A DNA stretch of 64,000 bases from positions 66,020 through 130,019 of the forward strand of contig CANRVB010000003.1 in NCBI GenBank assembly GCA_947643165.1, in the 5' to 3' direction. This document shows, piece after piece, positions 8,855 through 17,522 of the stretch. Under the pieces are notes generated by a model that worked only from the letters and a program-made list of their open reading frames with translations, was not told the DNA's origin and made no database searches. The translations under genes and the position numbers were made by a program. Source of the DNA: an uncultured Porphyromonadaceae bacterium. Its GTDB lineage: Bacteria; Bacteroidota; Bacteroidia; Bacteroidales; Muribaculaceae. Each line of letters starts with the position of its first letter. Position 1 is the stretch's first letter.

Positions 8855-11077
8855 TCAGTCTTCTATGCCCCGGGCAATGCGGCGGGCACGGTCGGCCACA
8901 ATGTCGATCGACACAGGGGGGACACCTTTTTTCTCGAGCACAATGCGGTCGTGGGCCAGCTCGGACTCGAACCGGTCGATATCGTAATTGTAGTCGGCAA
9001 TGGCCGATGCATAGTGCTGTGCGGCCTCGGCGTAACGGCAGAAGATCATGTCGAGATGACCGAGGTTGAGGAGGTCGGAGGGCGTGTATCCACCGGGGAG
9101 CTTGCCGAGATTGTCGTAGGCCTCGCGGCAGCGTTCGTACTCACCGGCCATGAGGAGGCACCAGGCGATGAGCCTCATGGTCTTCTCGCCGTGGCGGAGG
9201 TAGTCGGCCTTGTAGTAGAGAGCCAGGGCTTCCTTGTAGCTTCCGGATTCGAGCAAGGCTCCGGCAAGGGCGAGCATGGTGGAGATGTCCTCGCCGTCGA
9301 TATCGTAGGCCCGCTTGAGATAGCCGACGGCCTCGGCGCTACGGCCGGAGGCGCGCAGGAGGGAGGCGATGCGGCGCAATGTCCAGAGGCTGTCGCCACG
9401 CAGGAGGTCGCTGTTCTGATACATTTCGAGGGCACCGTCGAGATTGCCGCCGCGCTGCATGGCATAGCCGATCTTCTGGAACAATTCGGGGGTGGGGAAG
9501 CCGTTGGCGGCAACTTCGCGGAGCAGGGGCAGGGCTTCGGCGTAGTGGCCTCGCTTGAAGAAGAATTCGCCGGTCATGAGCGCCAAGTCGGTGTCGCCGG
9601 TGAAAAGGGAGCGCAAGGTGGGGTTGTCGAGTGGCATGCCTATCCTGACAAATGGATCCTTGAACTCGCCCTTGCGCCGGTAGAGCTTGAAGAAGCGGTA
9701 GAGGTCCTGAATATAACGGCGGACAATGCCAACGCGCTCTTTCAAGGCAGCGTCGAGCTGTGCGCGGGCCTCTTCGTTGATCATTTCGGCCTGTTCCTCG
9801 AGCCCGCTGAGCATATTGGAGAAGCCAACGCCACCCATGTGGCCCGTGAGCAGGAGTAGGGAGAACTTATCGCTGTCGCAGAACATGGGCATGGACTCCA
9901 CAAGTCGCGAGAGGCGCTCCACCGCCTTGTCGCCAGCCTTGCGCACAATGGAGTGGGAGGCGTGGAAGGGCATGAACCAGTTGGAGGGGTCGTTGAAAAA
10001 GGGGAAAGTCTTGAGGGCTGCAAAGGTAGACATCATGACGTCGGCACCCTCCATCTGGAGATCGTTCATCTCGCGCAATTTGTCGGCGAGGGCAGAATTG
10101 CCCATCATTTTCTCCCATTCGGGATTTTCCTCGATGGAGGCCAGGTCGAGGTATGCGCCCTCGGCATCGCGTGTGAGCTCGCTGATGCGGCGGTCGATCT
10201 CGGGCTTGAGCTTCATGAGCTCGGGGATGACCTCGTCGGTCATCTTGCGGCGTATGCGCTCGGTGTCGTACGCACCTGCAATCTGGCTGATGACAAGCTT
10301 AAGATCTTTGGAGCGGCGGGAGGTGTCGTCGTGGCCGGCCCATTCGGCAAAGTCGATGTGGTATTTGTCGCCAGCAAGGCCAAGGAGCACAGCCGCAGAG
10401 AGCGCCGTGAGGGAAAGTTCGCTGTTGTCGTTGGCCATGTATGCCTCGAGAAGCATCTCCATGCGGCGATCGTCGGTCCAGTCCATGCCACCAAGCATGA
10501 TTGCGGAGAGGAGCAACCGGCGGGCGTGGAGCGGGAGGAGAGACTGGGACTGAATGACGTTTGACCGGATTGCTTCGGCATCGGCGTCGGTAATGGGATA
10601 GGTGATCCAAAGCCGGTTGAACAGGCGTGACTCAAGGCTCTCCAGGGTGACGGGATCGGTGTCGGCGTCTACGGCCTGCCGGTACTGGGAGAGGAGAGTT
10701 GCCAGAGTGTCGTCGGGTCTTGTGCGCTCGAAGCGAAGGGTTGAGTAGTAGAGAGTGGGCGTGTCGACAGCCTTGGCCTCGCGCAACATAATGTCGCCGA
10801 TCTCAATGGCCTCGCGGCCGAGGGATGCATATCGTTGCTCACGGGTGTCATCGCGTCCGCCGGTCATGGCATAGTCGCTCATGAGCTTGTAGTTTTCACG
10901 GCTGCGGCGCAGTTTTTCGCGCACAGGCCAGGGGGCCTTGACCAGAGCGGCAATTTCATCCAGGCGGTCGTAGGCATCGTCAAGGCGGCCTTGCCGGACG
11001 GACTTGGCCATCGAGTCGAGGCGCTGTTGTATATCTTTTATATCCACGGTTCTATTGTTTATAGCGTATGTCAACAC
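8855..11077 (-). CDS. TPR-repeat protein (conserved in Bacteroidales)
   Basis: Helical protein with EGADVMMSTF, CDSDKFS and YIQDLYRFFKL segments and C-terminal TPRs; TTG start uncertain. Confidence 0.8.
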   Translation of the reverse strand: MLTYAINNRTVDIKDIQQRLDSMAKSVRQGRLDDAYDRLDEIAALVKAPWPVREKLRRSRENYKLMSDYAMTGGRDDTREQRYASLGREAIEIGDIMLREAKAVDTPTLYYSTLRFERTRPDDTLATLLSQYRQAVDADTDPVTLESLESRLFNRLWITYPITDADAEAIRSNVIQSQSLLPLHARRLLLSAIMLGGMDWTDDRRMEMLLEAYMANDNSELSLTALSAAVLLGLAGDKYHIDFAEWAGHDDTSRRSKDLKLVISQIAGAYDTERIRRKMTDEVIPELMKLKPEIDRRISELTRDAEGAYLDLASIEENPEWEKMMGNSALADKLREMNDLQMEGADVMMSTFAALKTFPFFNDPSNWFMPFHASHSIVRKAGDKAVERLSRLVESMPMFCDSDKFSLLLLTGHMGGVGFSNMLSGLEEQAEMINEEARAQLDAALKERVGIVRRYIQDLYRFFKLYRRKGEFKDPFVRIGMPLDNPTLRSLFTGDTDLALMTGEFFFKRGHYAEALPLLREVAANGFPTPELFQKIGYAMQRGGNLDGALEMYQNSDLLRGDSLWTLRRIASLLRASGRSAEAVGYLKRAYDIDGEDISTMLALAGALLESGSYKEALALYYKADYLRHGEKTMRLIAWCLLMAGEYERCREAYDNLGKLPGGYTPSDLLNLGHLDMIFCRYAEAAQHYASAIADYNYDIDRFESELAHDRIVLEKKGVPPVSIDIVADRARRIARGIED

Positions 11078-11105
11078 TTGAATAACAAGTTACACCGGAT
11101 AAAGG

Positions 11106-11122
11106 TACAAAAACCGTGCCAG
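11106..11122 (-). promoter_or_regulatory. Sigma54-like -24/-12 element upstream of the TPR-dcp operon
   Basis: Minus strand CTGGCACGGTTTTTGTA (GG-N10-GT; -12 variant). Confidence 0.5.
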
Positions 11123-11160
11123 CTTTTAGCGAGATTGTCACAGGCATAGGATATTTCAGC

Positions 11161-11197
11161 AAAAAAGAGCGTGACGACCGATAGAGGCCGTCACGCT
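11161..11197 (-). terminator. Intrinsic terminator of the rSAM/lipoprotein operon
   Basis: AGCGTGACG...CGTCACGCT stem followed by a T-run on the minus strand. Confidence 0.65.
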
Positions 11198-11218
11198 GTA
11201 TGAGGGACAAATGATGTA

Positions 11219-12277
11219 TCAGCGGGGAAGATTGCAGTGCATCAGGCGGCCGTCGTTGTCGCGGAGATGCATTCCGTTGCCCTCGCAGTAGCGCCACATA
11301 TTGCAATCGGCGCACTTGCCGGTTTTCATCCAGCTCCGGTCTCTGAAGGGTTGGTAACGGTTTTGCCAGACGTCCCAGAAATCATCATTGTAGATGTTGC
11401 CCTGGTTGTAGTTTGCCCGGATGCTCGGACACGCGCCTATGGAACCGTCGATCAGCACGGAGCCAACCGATACACCGGCCTCGCAAGAGTAGAAGTAATC
11501 ACGGACGTCACCCTCATAGTTGCCCATGAATCCTTCGCAGCAATATGAGGCTTTGATGACGCCCTGACGGCGGGTATCGATGATAAATGACATCAGGCGC
11601 TTCAGCTGGTCCTGGGTGAGCTCGAAGTCCTCGCTTTTGGCGCGGCCGGCGGGAAAGACGGTGAATAGTCTCCATGCTTTCACGCCGGCATCGATGAGGA
11701 GCTGGCGTATCTGTTCGAGCGAGCCGAGAGTGCGGGGATTCACACAGGTCACTACGTCGAAATTGACCGATGGCTCTGCCGCAACCATGCGGATAGCGGC
11801 CAATGCCCTCTGGAATGAGAGTTTGTTTCCGCGCATCCAGTTGTGGTCATCCTCGAGGCCGTCGAGACTAATTGTCATGGAATGTATGCCGGCACGGAGG
11901 AGGCTGTCAAAACGGCTTTTAGTGAGAGCCAGTCCGTTGGTGACAATGCCCCAGGGGTATTCCCGCTTGTAAAGGGCGAGCCCCACCTCTTCAAGGTCCT
12001 TGCGCATCAGCGGCTCTCCGCCGGTTATGACTATGCTGAGGCGGTGGTTGTCGACATGCGGAGTCAGCGAGTCGATCACCCGGAGGAAATCTTCCTTAGG
12101 CATGTCGGGATGATCGACGGTGGTCTTGCAATCGCTGCCGCAATGACGGCAGCTGAGATTGCAACGGTGGGTACACTCCCAGAACAGCTGTCTCAGCGGA
12201 TGCTCGTCCCGTCGTAGCTTCATCTGCTTTCTGTGAAGCTCCAGCGCCAGCCTGCGCCGTAAATCCAGGGCGCTCAT
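11219..12277 (-). CDS. Radical SAM/SPASM enzyme (TIGR04133-type, rSAM/lipoprotein system)
   Basis: CNLSCRHC cluster motif, TGGEPL, SLDG; SPASM CEAG..ACP..CADC..YCEGNG..HC; 4-nt overlap with the upstream lipoprotein gene. Confidence 0.9.
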   Translation of the reverse strand: MSALDLRRRLALELHRKQMKLRRDEHPLRQLFWECTHRCNLSCRHCGSDCKTTVDHPDMPKEDFLRVIDSLTPHVDNHRLSIVITGGEPLMRKDLEEVGLALYKREYPWGIVTNGLALTKSRFDSLLRAGIHSMTISLDGLEDDHNWMRGNKLSFQRALAAIRMVAAEPSVNFDVVTCVNPRTLGSLEQIRQLLIDAGVKAWRLFTVFPAGRAKSEDFELTQDQLKRLMSFIIDTRRQGVIKASYCCEGFMGNYEGDVRDYFYSCEAGVSVGSVLIDGSIGACPSIRANYNQGNIYNDDFWDVWQNRYQPFRDRSWMKTGKCADCNMWRYCEGNGMHLRDNDGRLMHCNLPR

Positions 12278-12774
12278 TGCTTCTTCTTGAGAGTGAAGTC
12301 GACCACGCCTTCGTAGGAGCCTATGAGCCAGGAGTCATTGGGGTCGCTGGCTTTTTTATATTCTACCACCAACTCTGTCGAGTCTGCTGCAAGATCAGTA
12401 TTCTCGGGTGTACATATCACGCGCACAAAGTTCGTCGTACTACTGGCAACGAGCCTATACGTGCCATCCTGTTTTGTAAACACATCATCGTTTACGTCAT
12501 CGTCCGGATCACGGGCACCCATATCATAGGAATATTCACCATCTTCTGTCTTTCTAATTGTCTTGATGGTGATTTGGGCATTCACTACTGAGTTGCCATC
12601 GGTGTCGACAACCTTGCCCTTCAGTTCGAACTTGCTATACGGCTGGCCGTACATACAAATTATCTCATTCTCATCATCATTACTGCACGATGAGAAGCCG
12701 AGAAGTGATATGATGACACCCAGCATAGCCGAAAGCCATTTCTTGAGATTGATTTCTTTTCCCATTGTCTGCAT
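12274..12774 (-). CDS. Radical SAM-associated lipoprotein (TIGR04134-type), paralog B
   Basis: Lipobox FSSC, acidic SNDDENE, CMYGQP, KGKVVDTDG carboxypeptidase-regulatory-like fold. Confidence 0.85.
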   Translation of the reverse strand: MQTMGKEINLKKWLSAMLGVIISLLGFSSCSNDDENEIICMYGQPYSKFELKGKVVDTDGNSVVNAQITIKTIRKTEDGEYSYDMGARDPDDDVNDDVFTKQDGTYRLVASSTTNFVRVICTPENTDLAADSTELVVEYKKASDPNDSWLIGSYEGVVDFTLKKKQ

Positions 12775-12798
12775 GTTGTTATCTGATTATAAAAAGGT

Positions 12799-13278
12799 TT
12801 ATTTCTTTTTGAGTACAAAATTGACTACCCCTTCATAGGAGCCTTCATACCAGTCATCCTTTTTTCCTTTTTTCTTGGTATAGGTCACTTGTATGTCTGT
12901 AGAGTCGGCGGCGAGATCGGTATTTTCGGGGGTACATATCACCCTGATCTCGTCTAAATACGGTGACGCGGCAAGCACATATTCACCCCGGACATTTGTA
13001 AATGAACCCTTACGCTTGTCACCATTTGTAGGATCCCAGCTGTAGACGGGCATATACTGACCTGCTAAATCGCCATGCTCATATTTCTGCTTTATCGTGA
13101 TTGAAGCATTCTCCACCGGGTTGCCGTCGGTATCTGTCACGCTGCCTTTCAGTTCAAACTCAGTGTACGGGCTGCCATACATATCAGCATGTTCATCGCA
13201 CGAAGAGAAGCCGAGCAGCGATATGATCACGCCCAGCATAGCCGAAAGCCATTTCTTGAGGTTGGTTGCTTTTTCCAT
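12799..13278 (-). CDS. Radical SAM-associated lipoprotein (TIGR04134-type), paralog A
   Basis: Same signal-peptide core and lipobox as paralog B, DMYGSP, KGSVTDTDG. Confidence 0.85.
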   Translation of the reverse strand: MEKATNLKKWLSAMLGVIISLLGFSSCDEHADMYGSPYTEFELKGSVTDTDGNPVENASITIKQKYEHGDLAGQYMPVYSWDPTNGDKRKGSFTNVRGEYVLAASPYLDEIRVICTPENTDLAADSTDIQVTYTKKKGKKDDWYEGSYEGVVNFVLKKK

Positions 13279-13473
13279 TGTAGTGTGCTGTTTGTTATTG
13301 GTTGTAGATTAATAGGTTTTGATTTTGCAAATATAATATTTGAAAAGCACCTTTTGCAAATTTTTTCATAATTATTTTCAAACTTTTTTCACCTTTCGGG
13401 CAAACCGTGGCGTATGTCTGCGGAATTTCTTAAATTTGCACAAATTTAGTTGCAAACTATACCCATTTCATAT

Positions 13474-14583
13474 ATGTCAGAGAATACCTCATCTACAAAT
13501 AGTGACCGCGAGATTGTGCTCAGTGGAATCCGTGCCACCGGCAATCTGCATCTGGGCAACTATTTCGGCGCATTGAGCAAATTTGTACGCATGCAGAATG
13601 AAGCTGTATACGAACCGCTCTTCTTCATTGCCGATCTACATGCCCTCACAACCAATCCCGATCCCAACCAGCTCCACGACAACGTGCGCAATATCGTTGC
13701 CGAATATCTTGCAGCAGGTCTTGACCCGGAAAAATCAACAATTTTTGTGCAGAGCGATGTCCCCGAAGTTTCGGAGCTATATCTGCTTCTGAACATGCAC
13801 GTAGGCATAGGTGAATTGATGCGCACTGCCTCATTCAAGGACAAGGCCCGCAAGCAGCTTGGCATCAAGGTCAACAATGACGACAGTGATAATGATGTCG
13901 ATATAGAGCGTCAGATAGTGGGTAACGAGACCAACAGCAAGCGCGTAAACGCCGGTCTCCTCACATATCCTACACTGATGGCTGTCGATATCCTCATACA
14001 GAAAGCGACCAAAGTACCCGTTGGAAAAGACCAGGAGCAACATCTTGAACTGACCCGCAGGTTTGCACGTCGCTTCAACAGCTTCTATGGTGTTGATCTG
14101 TTCCCCGAACCCCAGAACTTCGACTTTGGCGGTGCGCCGATCAAGGTGCCAGGTCTCGATGGTTCAGGCAAGATGGGCAAGAGCGAAGGCAATTGCATCT
14201 ATCTCATTGACGATGAGAAGACTCTCCGCAAGAAAGTGATGAGAGCTGTGACAGATGAAGGCCCGAAAGAGCCCAATCAGCCCATCTCGCAACCGGTGGC
14301 CAACCTGCTCACTCTCATGGAACTGACTTCCGCTCCCGAAGTGGTGCAGCAATATCGCGATGCATATGCGGACTGCTCGATACGCTACGGCGATATGAAG
14401 AAGCAGCTCGCCGAAGATATACTCAAGATCACCCTGCCGATACGCGAGCGCATCATCGACATCAAGAACGACGACGCATATCTCGGACGCGTAATCCGCG
14501 AAGGCGGTGAGAAAGCACGCGAGCGTGCTGCCAAGACTCTCCGCGAGGCCCGTGAGATCATGGGCATCCGCAAGTTCTATTGA
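13474..14583 (+). CDS. trpS: Tryptophan--tRNA ligase
   Basis: HLGN (HIGH-like), YPTLMAVDI, VPVGKDQEQH, KMGKS. Confidence 0.96.
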   Translation: MSENTSSTNSDREIVLSGIRATGNLHLGNYFGALSKFVRMQNEAVYEPLFFIADLHALTTNPDPNQLHDNVRNIVAEYLAAGLDPEKSTIFVQSDVPEVSELYLLLNMHVGIGELMRTASFKDKARKQLGIKVNNDDSDNDVDIERQIVGNETNSKRVNAGLLTYPTLMAVDILIQKATKVPVGKDQEQHLELTRRFARRFNSFYGVDLFPEPQNFDFGGAPIKVPGLDGSGKMGKSEGNCIYLIDDEKTLRKKVMRAVTDEGPKEPNQPISQPVANLLTLMELTSAPEVVQQYRDAYADCSIRYGDMKKQLAEDILKITLPIRERIIDIKNDDAYLGRVIREGGEKARERAAKTLREAREIMGIRKFY

Positions 14584-14603
14584 TCTTTCCAGATAAGACA
14601 CAG

Positions 14604-14655
14604 CATAAAAGGATCCGGGCGGCAGATGATCATCTGCCGCCCGGATCCTTTTATG
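14604..14655. terminator. Bidirectional terminator (perfect 52-bp palindrome) between trpS and dnaJ
   Basis: CATAAAAGGATCCGGGCGGCAGATGA followed directly by its reverse complement. Confidence 0.8.
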
Positions 14656-14669
14656 TATCTGAGTAAATA

Positions 14670-15857
14670 TCAATCGAATATATGGCGCAACTTTGAGAAT
14701 ATACGCGACTTAACCGATTCGCTCGGCTTCATGTTCGGCTGATCCTGCATCGACTCAAATGCCTTCTTTTCGGCTTCGTTTATAGTCTCCGGGATGTAGA
14801 CCATCACGTTGACCAGCTCATCGCCGGGAGCGCCACCGTCACCCGAAGGTATGCCTTTGCCTCTGAGACGGAGCACCTTGCCGGGCTGCGTACCCGGAGC
14901 AATCTTCAGGCGTGCACGTCCGGTGAGGGTCGGCACCTCAACCGATCCGCCGAGTACTGCGGTAGGTATGTCGAGCATCAGGTTGTAGATCACGTCATTA
15001 CCGTCGCGTATGAGTTCCGGATGCTTAACCTCCTCAATCACTACAAGCAGATCGCCGTTTACGCCACCGTGGATAGCGGCATTGCCCCGGCCCTGGAGTG
15101 TCAGGACATCACCACCGTTAACTCCGGCAGGTATTCTGAACGACACTGTGACATCCTCTTTCCTCACGCCCTCTCCGTGACAGTGAGGACACTTCTCGCT
15201 GATGATCTTACCCTCGCCCTGACAGGTGGGACATACGGTCTGGCTCTGCGCCGGACCGAATATCGACTGCACCTCACGGATTACAGAACCTGTTCCATGA
15301 CAGGTGGGACAGGTAGAGAACGCCGTACCGTCTTTGGCTCCCGTACCGTTACAGGTGGGATCCTTCACGAAGGTAGGGATCTTAAGTGTCTTCTCAACAC
15401 CTGTGGCTATCTCTGCAAGAGTCATCTTGATGGTGATACGCAGATCCGTACCACGTCGCTGCGGCTTGCGGGCGCGACGTCCGCTACCATAGGCACCGGC
15501 ACTGCCAAAGCCACCCATATCGCCGTGACCACCGAATATATCGCCGAACTGGCTGAAAATATCTTCCATAGTCCAGGCCCGGCCACCGCCGAATCCACCG
15601 AATCCGGCTCCTCCGCCACCAGGGAATCCCTGCGGCCCCATGTTATGGCCGAACTGGTCATATTTGGCACGCTTATCGGCATCGCTGAGCACATCATAAG
15701 CCTCAGCCGCCTCCTTAAACTTATCTTCGGCATCCTTATCACCCGGATTTCTGTCCGGATGATACTTAAGGGCAAGCTTACGGTAAGCCTTCTTTATCTC
15801 ATCTTCCGAAGCACTGCGGTCGACACCGAGCACTTCGTAGTAATCTCTCTTATCCAT
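14670..15857 (-). CDS. dnaJ: Chaperone DnaJ
   Basis: J domain with HPD, G/F-rich region, CxxCxGxG zinc repeats. Confidence 0.97.
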   Translation of the reverse strand: MDKRDYYEVLGVDRSASEDEIKKAYRKLALKYHPDRNPGDKDAEDKFKEAAEAYDVLSDADKRAKYDQFGHNMGPQGFPGGGGAGFGGFGGGRAWTMEDIFSQFGDIFGGHGDMGGFGSAGAYGSGRRARKPQRRGTDLRITIKMTLAEIATGVEKTLKIPTFVKDPTCNGTGAKDGTAFSTCPTCHGTGSVIREVQSIFGPAQSQTVCPTCQGEGKIISEKCPHCHGEGVRKEDVTVSFRIPAGVNGGDVLTLQGRGNAAIHGGVNGDLLVVIEEVKHPELIRDGNDVIYNLMLDIPTAVLGGSVEVPTLTGRARLKIAPGTQPGKVLRLRGKGIPSGDGGAPGDELVNVMVYIPETINEAEKKAFESMQDQPNMKPSESVKSRIFSKLRHIFD

Positions 15858-15875
15858 ATTTCCGTGCTACTGAAT

Positions 15876-16469
15876 TTACTGACCCACAGCGACCTTAGCG
15901 TGGCGAAGCACCTTGTCGTTGATCATATATCCTTTGGCAAGAGTATCGATCACCTTGCCTTTCTGAGCCTCGTCGCCGGTCGGAACCATCGCTATGGCCT
16001 CGTGCTGATCGGGATCGAACGGCGCACCGGTCGACTCCATTGCCTTGACTCCGTTCTGCTCAAGATACTTTATCAATTTATTGTATATCAGCTCCATGCC
16101 ATCGAGTATGGCCTGCGAGTTGTCGGTTGAGCGTGCTGCTTCCAGACCGCGTTCAAAGTCGTCGACTATCGGCAGAAGACCCTTGAATGCCGACTCAGCC
16201 GCATTCTTTATAATATCGGTCTTCTCCTTAAGGGTGCGTTTGCGGAAATTGTCGAACTCGGCCATAAGGAACAGATACTCTTTCTTTTCCTTCTCAAGAC
16301 TGGCCTTTGTCTTGCCAAGCTCTTCGGCAAGCTTGTTGATTTCGTCCATTTCCTGATTTTCTATATCTTCAGCGCTTTCATTTTCGTCGGCTGCCTCAGG
16401 AACATTATCAAAAACCTCGTCGGGAGTGATATCTTCCTGACGACCGCCATTTTTCTTATTCTTATCCAT
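15876..16469 (-). CDS. grpE: Nucleotide exchange factor GrpE
   Basis: AEFDNFRKR, FDPDQHEA, GY..NDKVLRHAKVAV. Confidence 0.96.
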   Translation of the reverse strand: MDKNKKNGGRQEDITPDEVFDNVPEAADENESAEDIENQEMDEINKLAEELGKTKASLEKEKKEYLFLMAEFDNFRKRTLKEKTDIIKNAAESAFKGLLPIVDDFERGLEAARSTDNSQAILDGMELIYNKLIKYLEQNGVKAMESTGAPFDPDQHEAIAMVPTGDEAQKGKVIDTLAKGYMINDKVLRHAKVAVGQ

Positions 16470-16528
16470 ATATGGTGTCTTTTTTTAATTCAATGTTATA
16501 AATAGTGAGAGACGTCTGGTATAGACAT

Positions 16529-16546
16529 TGCAAAAACATTGCCAAA
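16529..16546 (-). promoter_or_regulatory. Sigma54-type -24/-12 promoter of grpE-dnaJ
   Basis: Minus strand TTTGGCAATGTTTTTGCA, exact GG-N10-GC spacing, 60 nt upstream of grpE. Confidence 0.65.
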
Positions 16547-16590
16547 CCATAGCGGTTTCATACTCATAACAACCAAACGTCTCATAGCGT

Positions 16591-17427
16591 TCAGTTTACA
16601 GCCGCACATCCCGCAAAGGTGTCACATCCTTCGAGCGATGATGCCACAGCGTCTGCCATTTTGGCAGATGCAAACAGTCCTATGACCGCCGCTCCCGATC
16701 CTGTCATGGCAGAATATGCGGCCCCACCGGCTATCATGGCGTCTTTGATCCGGGCTATAGCGTCATGCAATGGTAAGATTGAATCTTCAAAATCGTTGTG
16801 TACCCCCAGGCTCTCCCATTCTGCGACAGGATGCGACAGCAGTTCCGTCAACCGGCCATCCGACGGCTTCGGTTTAACCCCGGCATAAGCCTCCTTGGTA
16901 GAGACTGCCACCTGAGGTTTGGCAATGAGCAGTGTCATTTCCGACAAGGGACAGATATCCGCACGACTCATTTCGGTGCCTGTTCCCACGCACAGCATCG
17001 GCTCATTATATATAAAGAACGGGCAGTCGGAGCCAATACCGGCAGCGATCTCAGCCAGACCGGCCTTGTCAAACCCAAGATCGAACATGGCGTTAAGGCC
17101 TATCAGCGTAAACGCCGCATCGGCCGACCCGCCGCCGAGACCGGCACCATCGGGTATCACCTTGCGCAGGAATATATCGACCGGCGGCAACGGTACCCTG
17201 TCGGCCAATGCCCGGTAGGCCCGCATCACCAGATTCTTTTCCGGAGGGCAATCCACTGCCCGGCCCGTCACGGTCAAAGTTGTCGTGCCCGATGCCGACG
17301 GCACAATCTCGAGCACATCGCACCATCCGGCCGGTATCATCACTGTCTCTATATCATGGTAACCATCCGGACGCCGGCGCGTGACACGCAGTCCCAGATT
17401 CACCTTGCAGTTGGGGAAAAGTAGCAT
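16591..17427 (-). CDS. ispE: 4-diphosphocytidyl-2-C-methyl-D-erythritol kinase
   Basis: PNCKVNLGL, GAGLGGGSADAA, MTGSG; start reset to MLLFPN. Confidence 0.95.
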   Translation of the reverse strand: MLLFPNCKVNLGLRVTRRRPDGYHDIETVMIPAGWCDVLEIVPSASGTTTLTVTGRAVDCPPEKNLVMRAYRALADRVPLPPVDIFLRKVIPDGAGLGGGSADAAFTLIGLNAMFDLGFDKAGLAEIAAGIGSDCPFFIYNEPMLCVGTGTEMSRADICPLSEMTLLIAKPQVAVSTKEAYAGVKPKPSDGRLTELLSHPVAEWESLGVHNDFEDSILPLHDAIARIKDAMIAGGAAYSAMTGSGAAVIGLFASAKMADAVASSLEGCDTFAGCAAVN

Positions 17428-17522
17428 TACGTTTATACTTGAATTTGAATGATAGCGATTACGAAGGTACGAAGTTTTTTTGTAATTTTGTTCCCCACTA
17501 CCGTAATATAAGAGACAGAACC

